From Myxococcaceae bacterium (GTDB lineage: Bacteria; Myxococcota_A; Polyangia; Polyangiales; Ga0077539): 64,000 nucleotides of DNA. Every line of letters starts with the position of its first letter. Positions within the stretch are counted from its first letter, which is position 1. Both the position numbers and the translations under genes were made by a program. A model generated the notes under the pieces. That model made no database searches. It was given only the letters and a program-made list of their open reading frames with translations, and was not told the DNA's origin. Below, piece after piece: positions 9,269-18,477 of this stretch. The DNA is taken from assembly GCA_028287085.1 (NCBI GenBank), contig JAQBQI010000114.1, forward strand, positions 6,755 through 70,754, in the 5' to 3' direction.

Positions 9269-12200
9269 GCACGGTGAGCGAGACAGTCTCGGAGTTGCGC
9301 GGCGCGCTCGGTTCTTACATCGAGGCGACGTACCACATCAGCGAACCAACGCTCATAAGGCAGCGCAGTGAGATCCTCACGAAGGACGGTGTCATCGCCC
9401 AGATTCCGTTCGTGGAGAGCACACCGCGATATGAGGCCGGCGCGGCTCTGCGCACGCTCAGCATTGGGCCCGCGAGCAGGGCGATGTTGGAAACCCTGTC
9501 TAGGAAGCCGCTCGTGGTCCACGACCCTCCGTACAAGCACCAGACGCAGTCTCTTGAGGAGGTGGCGGCGGGGCGCAGTCTGGTCGTGATGACCGGTACG
9601 GGCTCCGGAAAGACGGAGTGCTTCCTACTACCGATTCTTAGCAAGTTGGCTGAAGAGGCGTCGGCCCGCGGCGTCGCATTTGGTCATGACCACGCCGTGC
9701 GGGCGCTCGTTCTTTACCCGATGAACGCGCTGGTCAACGATCAGCTGGGTCGACTGCGGTTGATGTTTGGAGACAGCCGCGTTGTTGACCAGTTCATGGC
9801 GTGGTCCGGGCGCCCCGTTCGTTTCGCACGCTACACGAGCCGCACGCCATATGCGGGTGAGCGTGGCAAAGAGGGCGGCAGTAGCGGGGCGGAGCGCGAT
9901 GGGGTGTACCTGAAGGCGATCCGCGAGTACTATGTGTCCCTGCTCCGAAAGGCCGACTTGGACCCGAGCGGCACCCAGGCGGCCTTGGTGGCTGAGTTGA
10001 AGAAGCGGGGCCGCTGGCCAGCGAAGCCGGACATCGGCGAGTGGTTCTACGGCGAACGGGACTGGCGCTCGAAGGATGAGAAATATGCTCCGGAGTGGCG
10101 GAAGCGTGGTGGCGACAAGGGCTACAAGCGCGCTGTAACGTTGCCCCGGGACAGCGAGCTGATCACGCGGCACGAGGTCCAGGCGACGCCGCCAGACGTC
10201 CTCGTGACGAACTACTCGATGCTCGAGTACATGCTGATGCGCCCGATCGAGCGCTCGATCTTCGACGCGACCCGCGGTTGGCTTGAGCGAAACCCGAAGG
10301 AGCGCTTTCTCCTGGTGATTGATGAGGCGCACCTCTACCGTGGCGCGGCCGGGGCGGAGGTCGCGCTCCTGATTCGGCGTCTGGGTGCGAGGCTCGGTAT
10401 TTCTGCGGACCGGCTCCAGGTCATTTGCACGAGCGCCAGCTTCGGAGACTCGAGCAGGGCTCCTGCGTTCGCGGCGGACCTCACGGGGAAGCGGCCGGAG
10501 GATTTCGTCCCTGTTACGGGTGTACTCGATAGGCGCCCTGGGGCCGCCGAAGGCGATGCCGCTGAGGCCGACCTGCTCGCGGGCATTCCTTGGCTTGCGG
10601 CGTGTGAAGGGGACGCGGCCGCGCGCTGGGCCGCCGTGGAGCCCCTGCTCAATGCCCGTGGTGTTAGCCGCCGAGACGACGTCGCAATCGCGCTATACGA
10701 GGCCCTTAGCTTGTTCGCTCCGATGAGCCTCCTCGTGAATGTGACGATGGCCGGAGCGCGTCACGTAAGCGGTCGACCCTTGCGCGCGTCGGGGGACGAC
10801 ACGGCAGCGCTCAGCCTCGCTGAGACGGTGTTCCCGACCGCACCAGAGCGCGTCGCCGAGCAGGCCGTGACCGCGCTCCTTGCGCTTGGAAGCCTCGCCA
10901 AGCGAGACGCGGACCACCCGGGCCTCCTGCCGTGCCGCGTGCACGCGTTCTTCCGTGGGCTGCCCGGACTCTGGGTTTGCATTGACCAGAGCTGCTCTGC
11001 GCTTGCGCCTGAGCTGCGAGGGGGGAGTTGCGGCCGACTCTTCGCGCAGCCGCGGGAGCGGTGCGACTGCGGCGCGAAGGTCCTGGAGTTGTTCACCTGC
11101 CGCGCCTGCGGCACGGCGTATGCGCGCGCCTACGTCCCCGACCTTGAGCGGCTCGAGTCACTGTGGGCGGAGCCGGGGGCATCCTTTATGGCCGCGCCGA
11201 ACGACGGTGACGACGGCGCTCCTGACGTCGAGGCCCTTGCGCCGTTGGACTTGCTCCTCTCGAGGCCAGACGATGATCGGTTGAAGGACGACGAGGACCC
11301 CGTTGAGTCGGTGGATATCGATTTGACGACCGGACGGATCAACGCGTTGCACCGCGGACCTCGGACCCGGACAGTATGGGTGCGCGCTGATCGTAGCCCC
11401 AAACCGGACCGCCCGAGGGGAGCCGGCCACGACGCGGCGGCAGCGCAAGGAAATTCGAGGAGTCTCGAGAAGGCCGGCCGAGGTCAGTTCGTTCCGTGCG
11501 GTTCTTGCGGCGAACGGATGCGAGGCGGTCGATCTACGGTTCAGGACCACCAGACCAAGGGCGATCAGCCCTTTCAGGCGGTTGTCAAACGGCAGATCGA
11601 GGTGCAGCCCGCAGATCCGCGGCGCCCCGCGACACCGTTCGCGCCGTTGCGGGGCAGGAAGGTTCTCCTGTTCTCTGACTCTAGGCCGACCGCGGCGCGG
11701 CTGGCGCCGAACCTCCAGAACTACGCCTACCGGGACCTGACCAAGGCGCTGCTTTTGGTGGGGTGGCGAGAGCTGGAGTCTCAACCTGCGAGCCAGTGGG
11801 ACCTGGACGACCTCTACCTCGCCCTCCTCGTGGGGGCGTCGTCGCTCGACGTACGGCTCCGCCCCGCGCTGGGGCGAGAGGAGTCCTTCAGCGGGCCCGA
11901 CGCGCTCCGGCGAGCGCGCGAGACCCGCCGCGACATGAAGGCCGAACTGAGGCGTCTGACTCCTCCTCTATCGGTCATGCGAGCGCTGATCGAGCCGCTG
12001 GCCGACCGGTACTATGGGTTCGAGGCGCTGGCGCTCGCATCGCTCGCGGAGGCAGAGCCCGAACGGAGCGCGATCCTGCAGCTGCCGGCCATCGCTGGCA
12101 TCGTGGACAACGATGATCAGCGGCTCGCGTTGGCGCGCGCGTGGATTCGTGCCTACGCCGCCCAGTGTGGCGTTGCCATCTCGCACACCCACGACACGCT

Positions 12201-15200
12201 CAAAGGCGACGAGGTGCGCCGACACAAGTCGGGCGACTTTGAGGCGCTCAAGGCACTCCTCCGCGACAAAGCCGCCATCAAGCAGTTCAAGGCCACCTGG
12301 CTGAAGCCACTCCTGCACACCTTCACGACGGACGGATACCTCGACGGCGGTCGACTGCGGCTCGACCTCTCGCTTGAGTGGGCCTACTGCGACCGCTGTC
12401 GGGCGACGCAGCGCCCATTCCCCGGCCTCGCCCGCTGCATCGCGTGCGGCGCCCATCGGGTTCGCGTGATTCAGCCCGACGCGGATCCGGTGTTTCGGGC
12501 GCGGAAGGACTACTATCGCAGGGACGCGCGCGCGGCGATGCTTCAGCGACGCTCGCCCGTCGCTCCCGTTGTCCGGGAGCATACGGCCCAGCTGGGCGCC
12601 GCGGACAAGAGCGACGCCTACTCGAAGGCGGAGGAGTACGAACTCCTCTTCCAAGACGTGGATCTCGGCGTCGATGACCGCGGTCAACCTCGAGTCGCAG
12701 TCGACGTTCTGTCGTGCACGACCACGATGGAGGTTGGCATCGACATCGGCACACTCTCGGGCGTAGCCCTCCGGAACATGCCGCCGGCCCGCGCCAACTA
12801 CCAGCAGCGCGCCGGTCGCGCAGGTCGCCGGGGAAACACCATCGCGACCGTCGTCGCATTCGGCAGCGCTGACAGCCACGACGAGCAGTACTTCACATAT
12901 CCGGCAGAGATGATCCGTGGCCCGGTGCGCGACCCGAGGATCACTCTCGACAATGCCGACATCGCGCGCCGCCACGTGACCGCCTTCGTGTTGCAGCGCT
13001 ACTTGCACGAGCAGGTACGCGACGCTCAGGCGAATCGACGCGGCCTGTTTTCGGTGCTCGGAACCGTCGGGCAGTTCCTGACGTCGCAGGCGCCTCCGAA
13101 CGCGAGGGACTTCGCTCAGTGGCTGCGCGGCTCGGAGGCCGCCCTCGTGCGCGAGTTGGAGGCCTGGCTCCCGACGGAGCTCTCTGGCCAGGAGCGGGCG
13201 GCGATCGTCTCGGGGCTGGCAGACGCCACCGTGGCCGCGGTCGACAAGGCGCTCGCCGGCGCGATGATGGACCCCACCGCGGCCTCCGCCCGACCGCTTG
13301 GAAGTGCTGCGGGTTCCGATGACGGCGAGGCCGACGACGAGGCGCAGGACCACCCCGCTGCCGAGGGCGACGCGCGAGACGGCGCCTCGCGGGCCGCGGA
13401 GAACCTGCTGGATCGCCTCCTCTACGGCGGCGCGCTGCCACGCTACGCTTTCCCCACCGACGTCGGCACGTTCCATGTCTTCAAGCATGATTCCCCGCCG
13501 TTCCGGCCTAAGTTCGAGCACGCGCCCTCGCAAGGCCTCCCGATTGCGCTCACCCAGTACGCGCCCGGGAAGCAGATCTGGGTCGACAATCGACTGTGGT
13601 TGTCCGGAGCGCTGTACTCTCCGTACACGCCGGAGCGCCCTGCGGCGTGGCAGAGGCGTCGGCTCTACTTCGAATGCTCGAATTGCCATTTCGCGACTAC
13701 GACGGAGTTCGACCTGCAGAAGCGGGGCAGCGTGGGCGAGTGCCCGGCGTGCCGCTCGCCCGACTCCTTCGGTCCCGGGCGCCTCTGGCTTCGGCCACCG
13801 GGGTTCGCACATCCTGTCGACGCTGCGCCGGGGACGACGCCCGACGACGAGCCGGCGGTGAGCTACGCCACCCGCGCCAAGCTCGTCGCGGGTGGTCCGC
13901 CCGATGAGTCGCGGTGGCGAGATTGTGTGCCGTCCGTTCGGGTCGCGCCGCTGCACGAGCATCTGTTGGTCACGAATACGGGACCGCGCGACAAGGGATA
14001 CGACTATTGCACTCGCTGCGGCCGGATCGAACCCTCCGCGGGTGAGACGAAGCTGACCCGCTCGTCCCACACGCGGCCTTACCCGTCGCGAGACCCGAGA
14101 TGCCCCGGGGGCGGCACCACGGATGGCATCGTCCTCGGCACAGACTTCATCAGCGACGTATCACTGTTCAGATTGAAGCTCGCCGACCCCGTCCGACTGC
14201 CGCCAGGAACGCACGCGGCCGAGGTCGCCCTTCGCACTCTGTCTGAGGCACTTTCACGGGCCGCGTGCTCCGTGCTCGAGGTCGAGCCGAACGAGTTGCA
14301 GGCCGAATTTCGGCCGGCGCTCTCCGCGGGCGGGTTCGACGGCTCGGAGGTCGAAATCTACCTCTACGACACGCTGGCCGGCGGAGCCGGCTTCTCGCGA
14401 CGTGCCGCTGAGTTCGGGGCGAAGCTGCTCGAGGAGGCGCTTTCACTCTTGGAGGAGTGCGCCGCTGGCGGCGGGTGCGACACCTCGTGCTATCAGTGCC
14501 TGCGAAGCTTCAAGAACAGGCGTGATCATCATCTGCTTGACCGCCAGGTCGGCGCCGCGCTTCTTCGCCACCTCCTGCGGGGCGAGCCTCCAACGGTGAA
14601 CGCCTCTAGGCGTGAACACTTGCTGAGCCAACTGCACGACGACCTGCGCAGGATCGGCGTGGACGCGAACCTGGAGCGGGGGCGCCTCTGCGTGCGCGCC
14701 AACGGCGCGCTGGTGGGCGTTGTGGACGTTCAGAGCGCGCTCACCCCATACGCGGTGCTGGACCAGACGGGCGGCAAGGTGGTGGGCATCAGCGAGCTCA
14801 TGCTGCGTCTCAACCTACCGCGCGCCTCGGAGCGCGTGCTCGAGGATCTCAGCGTAGCAGGCGGCGAGGTCCTCCTGGGGGCGGCCGCGGCGGTGCGCGC
14901 TCCGGCCGTCGACGTGGCCTGCCGATCTGTGGCCGACCTTCCGACCTTGCTCGACAAGGACGCCCCCGAGGGCGACCTTCTGCTGCGTGTCCCGCGAGCG
15001 ACGATCGGTGGCGAGCAGGCATTCCGGGCCGGAGAGATCCTTGTCATCGATCGATGCGACGCGGATCCAGTGAGCGCGATCCCAGCAAATGCCGACAAGG
15101 CCCTCCTGCTGCTTCGAACCACGGGCTCGTTCATGCGAACGGGGGAGCCTTGGACCATCGCTTTCTGCGAACTGCGCTCGCGCGCGGGGGAGTCGGTGGC

Positions 15201-15303
15201 CTACCTCAGGTACAGGTCGCGAGAGTCCGACGCGATCCCACAGTGGGCCTCGCTCGATGAGCTGCGCGTCGTCGGTGTCGTCCGGGGACGCTACGAGGGC
15301 TGA
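9265..15303 (+). CDS. Giant DEAD/DEAH-box helicase fused to a DUF1998-type zinc/Cys domain (DruE-like; DrmA+DrmB-like)
   Basis: Starts MSTVSETVSEL. Walker A is VVMTGTGSGKTECF (9589-9618). DEAH box is LLVIDEAHLY (10321-10332). TSAS motif III is present. Helicase-C motifs: VLLFSDSRPTAARL, YQQRAGRAGRRG. The DUF1998-like Cys clusters are CTRCGRIEP and GGCDTSCYQCLRSFKNRRDHHLLD (14476-14520). About 250 aa of unassigned C-terminal sequence follow. Confidence 0.85.
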   Translation: MSTVSETVSELRGALGSYIEATYHISEPTLIRQRSEILTKDGVIAQIPFVESTPRYEAGAALRTLSIGPASRAMLETLSRKPLVVHDPPYKHQTQSLEEVAAGRSLVVMTGTGSGKTECFLLPILSKLAEEASARGVAFGHDHAVRALVLYPMNALVNDQLGRLRLMFGDSRVVDQFMAWSGRPVRFARYTSRTPYAGERGKEGGSSGAERDGVYLKAIREYYVSLLRKADLDPSGTQAALVAELKKRGRWPAKPDIGEWFYGERDWRSKDEKYAPEWRKRGGDKGYKRAVTLPRDSELITRHEVQATPPDVLVTNYSMLEYMLMRPIERSIFDATRGWLERNPKERFLLVIDEAHLYRGAAGAEVALLIRRLGARLGISADRLQVICTSASFGDSSRAPAFAADLTGKRPEDFVPVTGVLDRRPGAAEGDAAEADLLAGIPWLAACEGDAAARWAAVEPLLNARGVSRRDDVAIALYEALSLFAPMSLLVNVTMAGARHVSGRPLRASGDDTAALSLAETVFPTAPERVAEQAVTALLALGSLAKRDADHPGLLPCRVHAFFRGLPGLWVCIDQSCSALAPELRGGSCGRLFAQPRERCDCGAKVLELFTCRACGTAYARAYVPDLERLESLWAEPGASFMAAPNDGDDGAPDVEALAPLDLLLSRPDDDRLKDDEDPVESVDIDLTTGRINALHRGPRTRTVWVRADRSPKPDRPRGAGHDAAAAQGNSRSLEKAGRGQFVPCGSCGERMRGGRSTVQDHQTKGDQPFQAVVKRQIEVQPADPRRPATPFAPLRGRKVLLFSDSRPTAARLAPNLQNYAYRDLTKALLLVGWRELESQPASQWDLDDLYLALLVGASSLDVRLRPALGREESFSGPDALRRARETRRDMKAELRRLTPPLSVMRALIEPLADRYYGFEALALASLAEAEPERSAILQLPAIAGIVDNDDQRLALARAWIRAYAAQCGVAISHTHDTLKGDEVRRHKSGDFEALKALLRDKAAIKQFKATWLKPLLHTFTTDGYLDGGRLRLDLSLEWAYCDRCRATQRPFPGLARCIACGAHRVRVIQPDADPVFRARKDYYRRDARAAMLQRRSPVAPVVREHTAQLGAADKSDAYSKAEEYELLFQDVDLGVDDRGQPRVAVDVLSCTTTMEVGIDIGTLSGVALRNMPPARANYQQRAGRAGRRGNTIATVVAFGSADSHDEQYFTYPAEMIRGPVRDPRITLDNADIARRHVTAFVLQRYLHEQVRDAQANRRGLFSVLGTVGQFLTSQAPPNARDFAQWLRGSEAALVRELEAWLPTELSGQERAAIVSGLADATVAAVDKALAGAMMDPTAASARPLGSAAGSDDGEADDEAQDHPAAEGDARDGASRAAENLLDRLLYGGALPRYAFPTDVGTFHVFKHDSPPFRPKFEHAPSQGLPIALTQYAPGKQIWVDNRLWLSGALYSPYTPERPAAWQRRRLYFECSNCHFATTTEFDLQKRGSVGECPACRSPDSFGPGRLWLRPPGFAHPVDAAPGTTPDDEPAVSYATRAKLVAGGPPDESRWRDCVPSVRVAPLHEHLLVTNTGPRDKGYDYCTRCGRIEPSAGETKLTRSSHTRPYPSRDPRCPGGGTTDGIVLGTDFISDVSLFRLKLADPVRLPPGTHAAEVALRTLSEALSRAACSVLEVEPNELQAEFRPALSAGGFDGSEVEIYLYDTLAGGAGFSRRAAEFGAKLLEEALSLLEECAAGGGCDTSCYQCLRSFKNRRDHHLLDRQVGAALLRHLLRGEPPTVNASRREHLLSQLHDDLRRIGVDANLERGRLCVRANGALVGVVDVQSALTPYAVLDQTGGKVVGISELMLRLNLPRASERVLEDLSVAGGEVLLGAAAAVRAPAVDVACRSVADLPTLLDKDAPEGDLLLRVPRATIGGEQAFRAGEILVIDRCDADPVSAIPANADKALLLLRTTGSFMRTGEPWTIAFCELRSRAGESVAYLRYRSRESDAIPQWASLDELRVVGVVRGRYEG

Positions 15304-17957
15304 TGGCAACTATTCGACCTGATGTCGATCCGGGAACGATTCGTCCACTCTCTGAGCAGGCGGTGCTCCTCGCGCTCCGGGACCAACTCCCGGACGACTT
15401 CCTCGTGGTGCACTCGTTTCCCTGGCTCAAGCCGATGAGCGGGTCGCTTCGCGAGGGCGAGGCAGACTTCGTCATCATCCACCGGCGCCTCGGGATGCTC
15501 GTGCTGGAGGTCAAGGGCGGCGACCTGTTGTTCGAGAGTCATCAGTGGTTTCGGCTCAAGGCGGGAGGTCGGGAGAGGGTCAAAAACCCGTACGAGCAGG
15601 CTCGCGATAACATGCACTCACTCGTCGAGTACGTCGCGCGTCGAACGCCCGCGCCGCTGCTCTACGGCTATGCCGTCGTCTTCCCCGACCACGTCGCGGA
15701 TGGCACCTGGCCCGCCGACGCCGAGGCCTCTGCGACCATGCTGAACGCCGACATGCCGAACTTGGGGGCGCGAGTCGTCGCCGCGATGGAGGCGTGGGCG
15801 CGGCGCAGGAGACAGCTGACTGACGCTGAGTTCCAGCAGGTCGTTGACGCGCTGCTCCCTCGGCTGCGGCTGCGTCGCCCGCTTGGGCCGTGGGCGATCC
15901 AGGCGTCCGCGCGCCTGCTTGAGGTAACGGCGGGCCAGGTGCGCGCGCTCGACGCGCCGTGGGCGAGAGAGCGCGTGCTCGTGGAAGGCCCGGCTGGCTC
16001 CGGGAAGACCTTCATCGCGATAGAGCGCGCGTTGCGCGCCGCGGGCGACGGGTCGGAGGTGCTCTTCGTCTGCTTCAATGGAGCGCTCGCTGCCTGGCTC
16101 CGTGAGCAGCTCGCCCAGGACGTCGGGCGGTCCGGAGCTGCGAAACGAATTTCAGTACACCACTTCCACGCGCTCGCGCGGAACATCGCCCTGCAGGGGG
16201 GCGTGCCGTTCGTCGTGCCCGAAGAGCCGGCTGCGAGGGCGCGCTTCTGGGCGGAGGAGGCCTCGGGGCGGCTCGAGCAAGCGATGGACTTCGTCGGGAT
16301 GCGGTTTGACGTGATCGTCGTCGACGAGGCACAGGACCTCCGCACCGAGTGGTGGTATGCGATCCTAGGACTACGGCGTTCAGAGCAAGAGTCGCCTGTT
16401 TGGGTGTTTCGGGACGATCACCAAGCGCTCTTCGGTACCCCACCGCAAATTCCGTTGGAGTTTGAGCGTCACGAGAGTCTGGAGGAGAACTGCAGGAACA
16501 CGCGAGCCATTGCGGCGGGTGCCTCATCGATTGGGGGGACAAGTGCGCCGGCACGGTTCGGAGCGCCGGACGGACGCACCATCGAGGTGATCGAGGCATC
16601 AGGTCTGAACCACCGGTCGCTAGCGACGGAAATTGTCGAGCGGCTCCTGCGCGAGGATGGCCTCCAACCCGGCCAGATCGTCCTCATCGGCCCGAGAGCC
16701 CTCGCCAACGGCTCCCTCAAGGGCGCCCGAGAACTCTCCGGCGTGCCTCTGACCGACGACGCGCGCGAGTGGCGGCTTGGGGGCCGGATTCTCGTGACGA
16801 CAGCGCGCAAGTTCAAGGGCCTCGAGGCTGACGTGGTCGTGCTCTACGACTTGGGCGGTCTCTCTGTCGGCGAGGGGGCCTTCACCCGCGCGGATCTCTA
16901 CGTAGCAATGACCAGGGCGCGCGCGCACTTGATCGCGGTCTCGCACGACAGATCGACGCTCGAGGTTTTGCGAGGCGCTCAGCGCGTCAGCGAGGAGGCC
17001 GAGGTCTACGAAGTGATGGCGGCAGCAGAGGCGCCAGGGCGACGCGCGGAGACGTCTGAGGCCGTTCTGCTCGATCGTGTGCCATACCCGTTGGCCGCGC
17101 TTCACCGGCTCTCTCGCTCGAGGCACGAGGCCAGCGCGAGGCTGTTCATGTCGCTGCGCTACGCTGAGGGAGTCGCGCGGTTTAGCGCTCTTGTGACTCT
17201 TGCCCAGAGCGCGACGAGCGGAGCGAATGCAGCCGAGGCCCGTCGGTGGCTCGGCCTCGCGGGCGACGGCACGTTCGCGAGTGCTCGCGCGCTGCTGGAG
17301 GAGGCGACCGAGTTCCTCGTGCGGAACAGGCTCGTGCCGCTGCTCGGCCCGGAGGCGGCGGAGCCGCGGCGTCGCCTGATACAGGCGTTTCGTGAGTTGG
17401 AGGCCGTATGCGTGCAGTTCGGCGGCGAGAGGCCCCGCGTCCCGGAGCAGGTGGCCGACGCGGCGCTTGCGGCCATGGAGCCTCATCTGTCGTTGGTTCG
17501 GGCGCATGCAACGACGTTCGAAGCCCTGCAACTCGGCTACTTCGACGGAACGACCTCCAACGGCGACGGCGTCCACTCGCACTTCTACCGAGCCCGCGGT
17601 GCGGTTGAGGTCGACGCGCCCGTTCGTGTGCAACTCCGAGTCGCGCCACCGCACCGCGTCGCCCTTCTCGTTGACACGCGCGATGGGCGCGCGCTGCCGC
17701 TGGCGCCGTTCGTACTCTTCACCACGCAGCAGGACGAACCGACGGACACCCTGATGTGGCTCGCCCGGCGCTCGGACGCGCGGCGGGGCGAGTGGGAGTA
17801 TCATCGCCCGGTGGGCGCACGGCGGCTCACCCAAAAACTTGCCGGGGTCGCGAGGGGACAGTCCGTTTTGATCGAGGAGTATGTGGGCAGGTTGTCTCAG
17901 TGGTTGGGGTTGCACCCTCTCGTGGCCGTTGGGGATCTGCCTCGCTTGTCGGCATAG
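15303..17957 (+). CDS. NERD-domain nuclease fused to a UvrD/SF1-like helicase (884 aa)
   Basis: The start overlaps the helicase stop (TGATG). The NERD-like N-terminus is LVVHSFPWL..EGEADFVIIHRRLGMLVLEVKGG. Walker A is VEGPAGSGKTF (15988-16014). Walker B is DVIVVDEAQDL. The UvrD_C-type end is TTARKFKGLEADVVVLYD..LYVAMTRARAHLI. About 320 aa at the C-terminus are unknown. Confidence 0.85.
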   Translation: MATIRPDVDPGTIRPLSEQAVLLALRDQLPDDFLVVHSFPWLKPMSGSLREGEADFVIIHRRLGMLVLEVKGGDLLFESHQWFRLKAGGRERVKNPYEQARDNMHSLVEYVARRTPAPLLYGYAVVFPDHVADGTWPADAEASATMLNADMPNLGARVVAAMEAWARRRRQLTDAEFQQVVDALLPRLRLRRPLGPWAIQASARLLEVTAGQVRALDAPWARERVLVEGPAGSGKTFIAIERALRAAGDGSEVLFVCFNGALAAWLREQLAQDVGRSGAAKRISVHHFHALARNIALQGGVPFVVPEEPAARARFWAEEASGRLEQAMDFVGMRFDVIVVDEAQDLRTEWWYAILGLRRSEQESPVWVFRDDHQALFGTPPQIPLEFERHESLEENCRNTRAIAAGASSIGGTSAPARFGAPDGRTIEVIEASGLNHRSLATEIVERLLREDGLQPGQIVLIGPRALANGSLKGARELSGVPLTDDAREWRLGGRILVTTARKFKGLEADVVVLYDLGGLSVGEGAFTRADLYVAMTRARAHLIAVSHDRSTLEVLRGAQRVSEEAEVYEVMAAAEAPGRRAETSEAVLLDRVPYPLAALHRLSRSRHEASARLFMSLRYAEGVARFSALVTLAQSATSGANAAEARRWLGLAGDGTFASARALLEEATEFLVRNRLVPLLGPEAAEPRRRLIQAFRELEAVCVQFGGERPRVPEQVADAALAAMEPHLSLVRAHATTFEALQLGYFDGTTSNGDGVHSHFYRARGAVEVDAPVRVQLRVAPPHRVALLVDTRDGRALPLAPFVLFTTQQDEPTDTLMWLARRSDARRGEWEYHRPVGARRLTQKLAGVARGQSVLIEEYVGRLSQWLGLHPLVAVGDLPRLSA

Positions 17958-18477
17958 TGACCCTGCTGGACAGGACCGACTCGATCGGCTGCTCGTGGGA
18001 GTTGGCGTGGATGGGGCACAAGGCGTCAGGCCACCTCGATGCACACGGACAGGAACGCTTCTGGCGCTGAGTTGGGTTGTCTATCGGTCGCAGAGAGCAG
18101 CGCCTGGACGCCTGCGCTATCGACCAACTCCGGCGGTTGGGACAAGAGGAGGTGATGCTGCTCGAACTTGGTGAGCGTGAGATCGTTGCGCTCGAATGGG
18201 GACGCAGTCGGTTGGCTTCGGCGAGGCGAGGATTTCTTCGGTGACGACGCCTCAGGGATTTGAGGGACGGCGTGCGAGACAGAGGCTCATTGCGGTATGA
18301 CGGACCTACAAGTCGCACCATGGGAACGCGTGCAGGCCAAAGTGCAGACCCTGTGGGATCGTCACTGGGCGTAGCCCGCGCGTTCTCTATACCGGCGGGA
18401 ACTACCGAGAACGTCGGTGGCTCACCAACGATCACGCTCTGTGCCACGTCGCGTTGCGCAACGATCTCCCGGGACGC

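Noticed and set aside
11968-14070. 700-aa ORF antisense to the DruE-like helicase. The same applies to other long shadow ORFs, for example 37319-39652 (-), 38946-40685 (-), 33266-35296 (+), 27605-29332 (+), 32362-33936 (+), 24609-26087 (+), 26091-27608 (+), 16620-18044 (-), 62295-63767 (+) and 42583-43944 (+).
   Set aside because: Their translations are Arg/Ala/Gly/Pro-rich with no recognisable motifs. They lie opposite or out of frame to genes with clear catalytic motifs. Long stop-free shadow frames are expected in ~70% GC DNA.
17958-18477. 520-bp gap between convergent operons, containing a protein-like minus-strand reading (..FERNDLTLTKFEQHHLLLSQPPELVDSAGVQALL..) and the listed ORFs 17827-18447 (-) and 18260-18481 (+).
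   Set aside because: The protein-like frame has an upstream stop and no ATG/GTG start before its last ~40 codons. The listed ORFs have junk composition. At most this is a decayed gene remnant.
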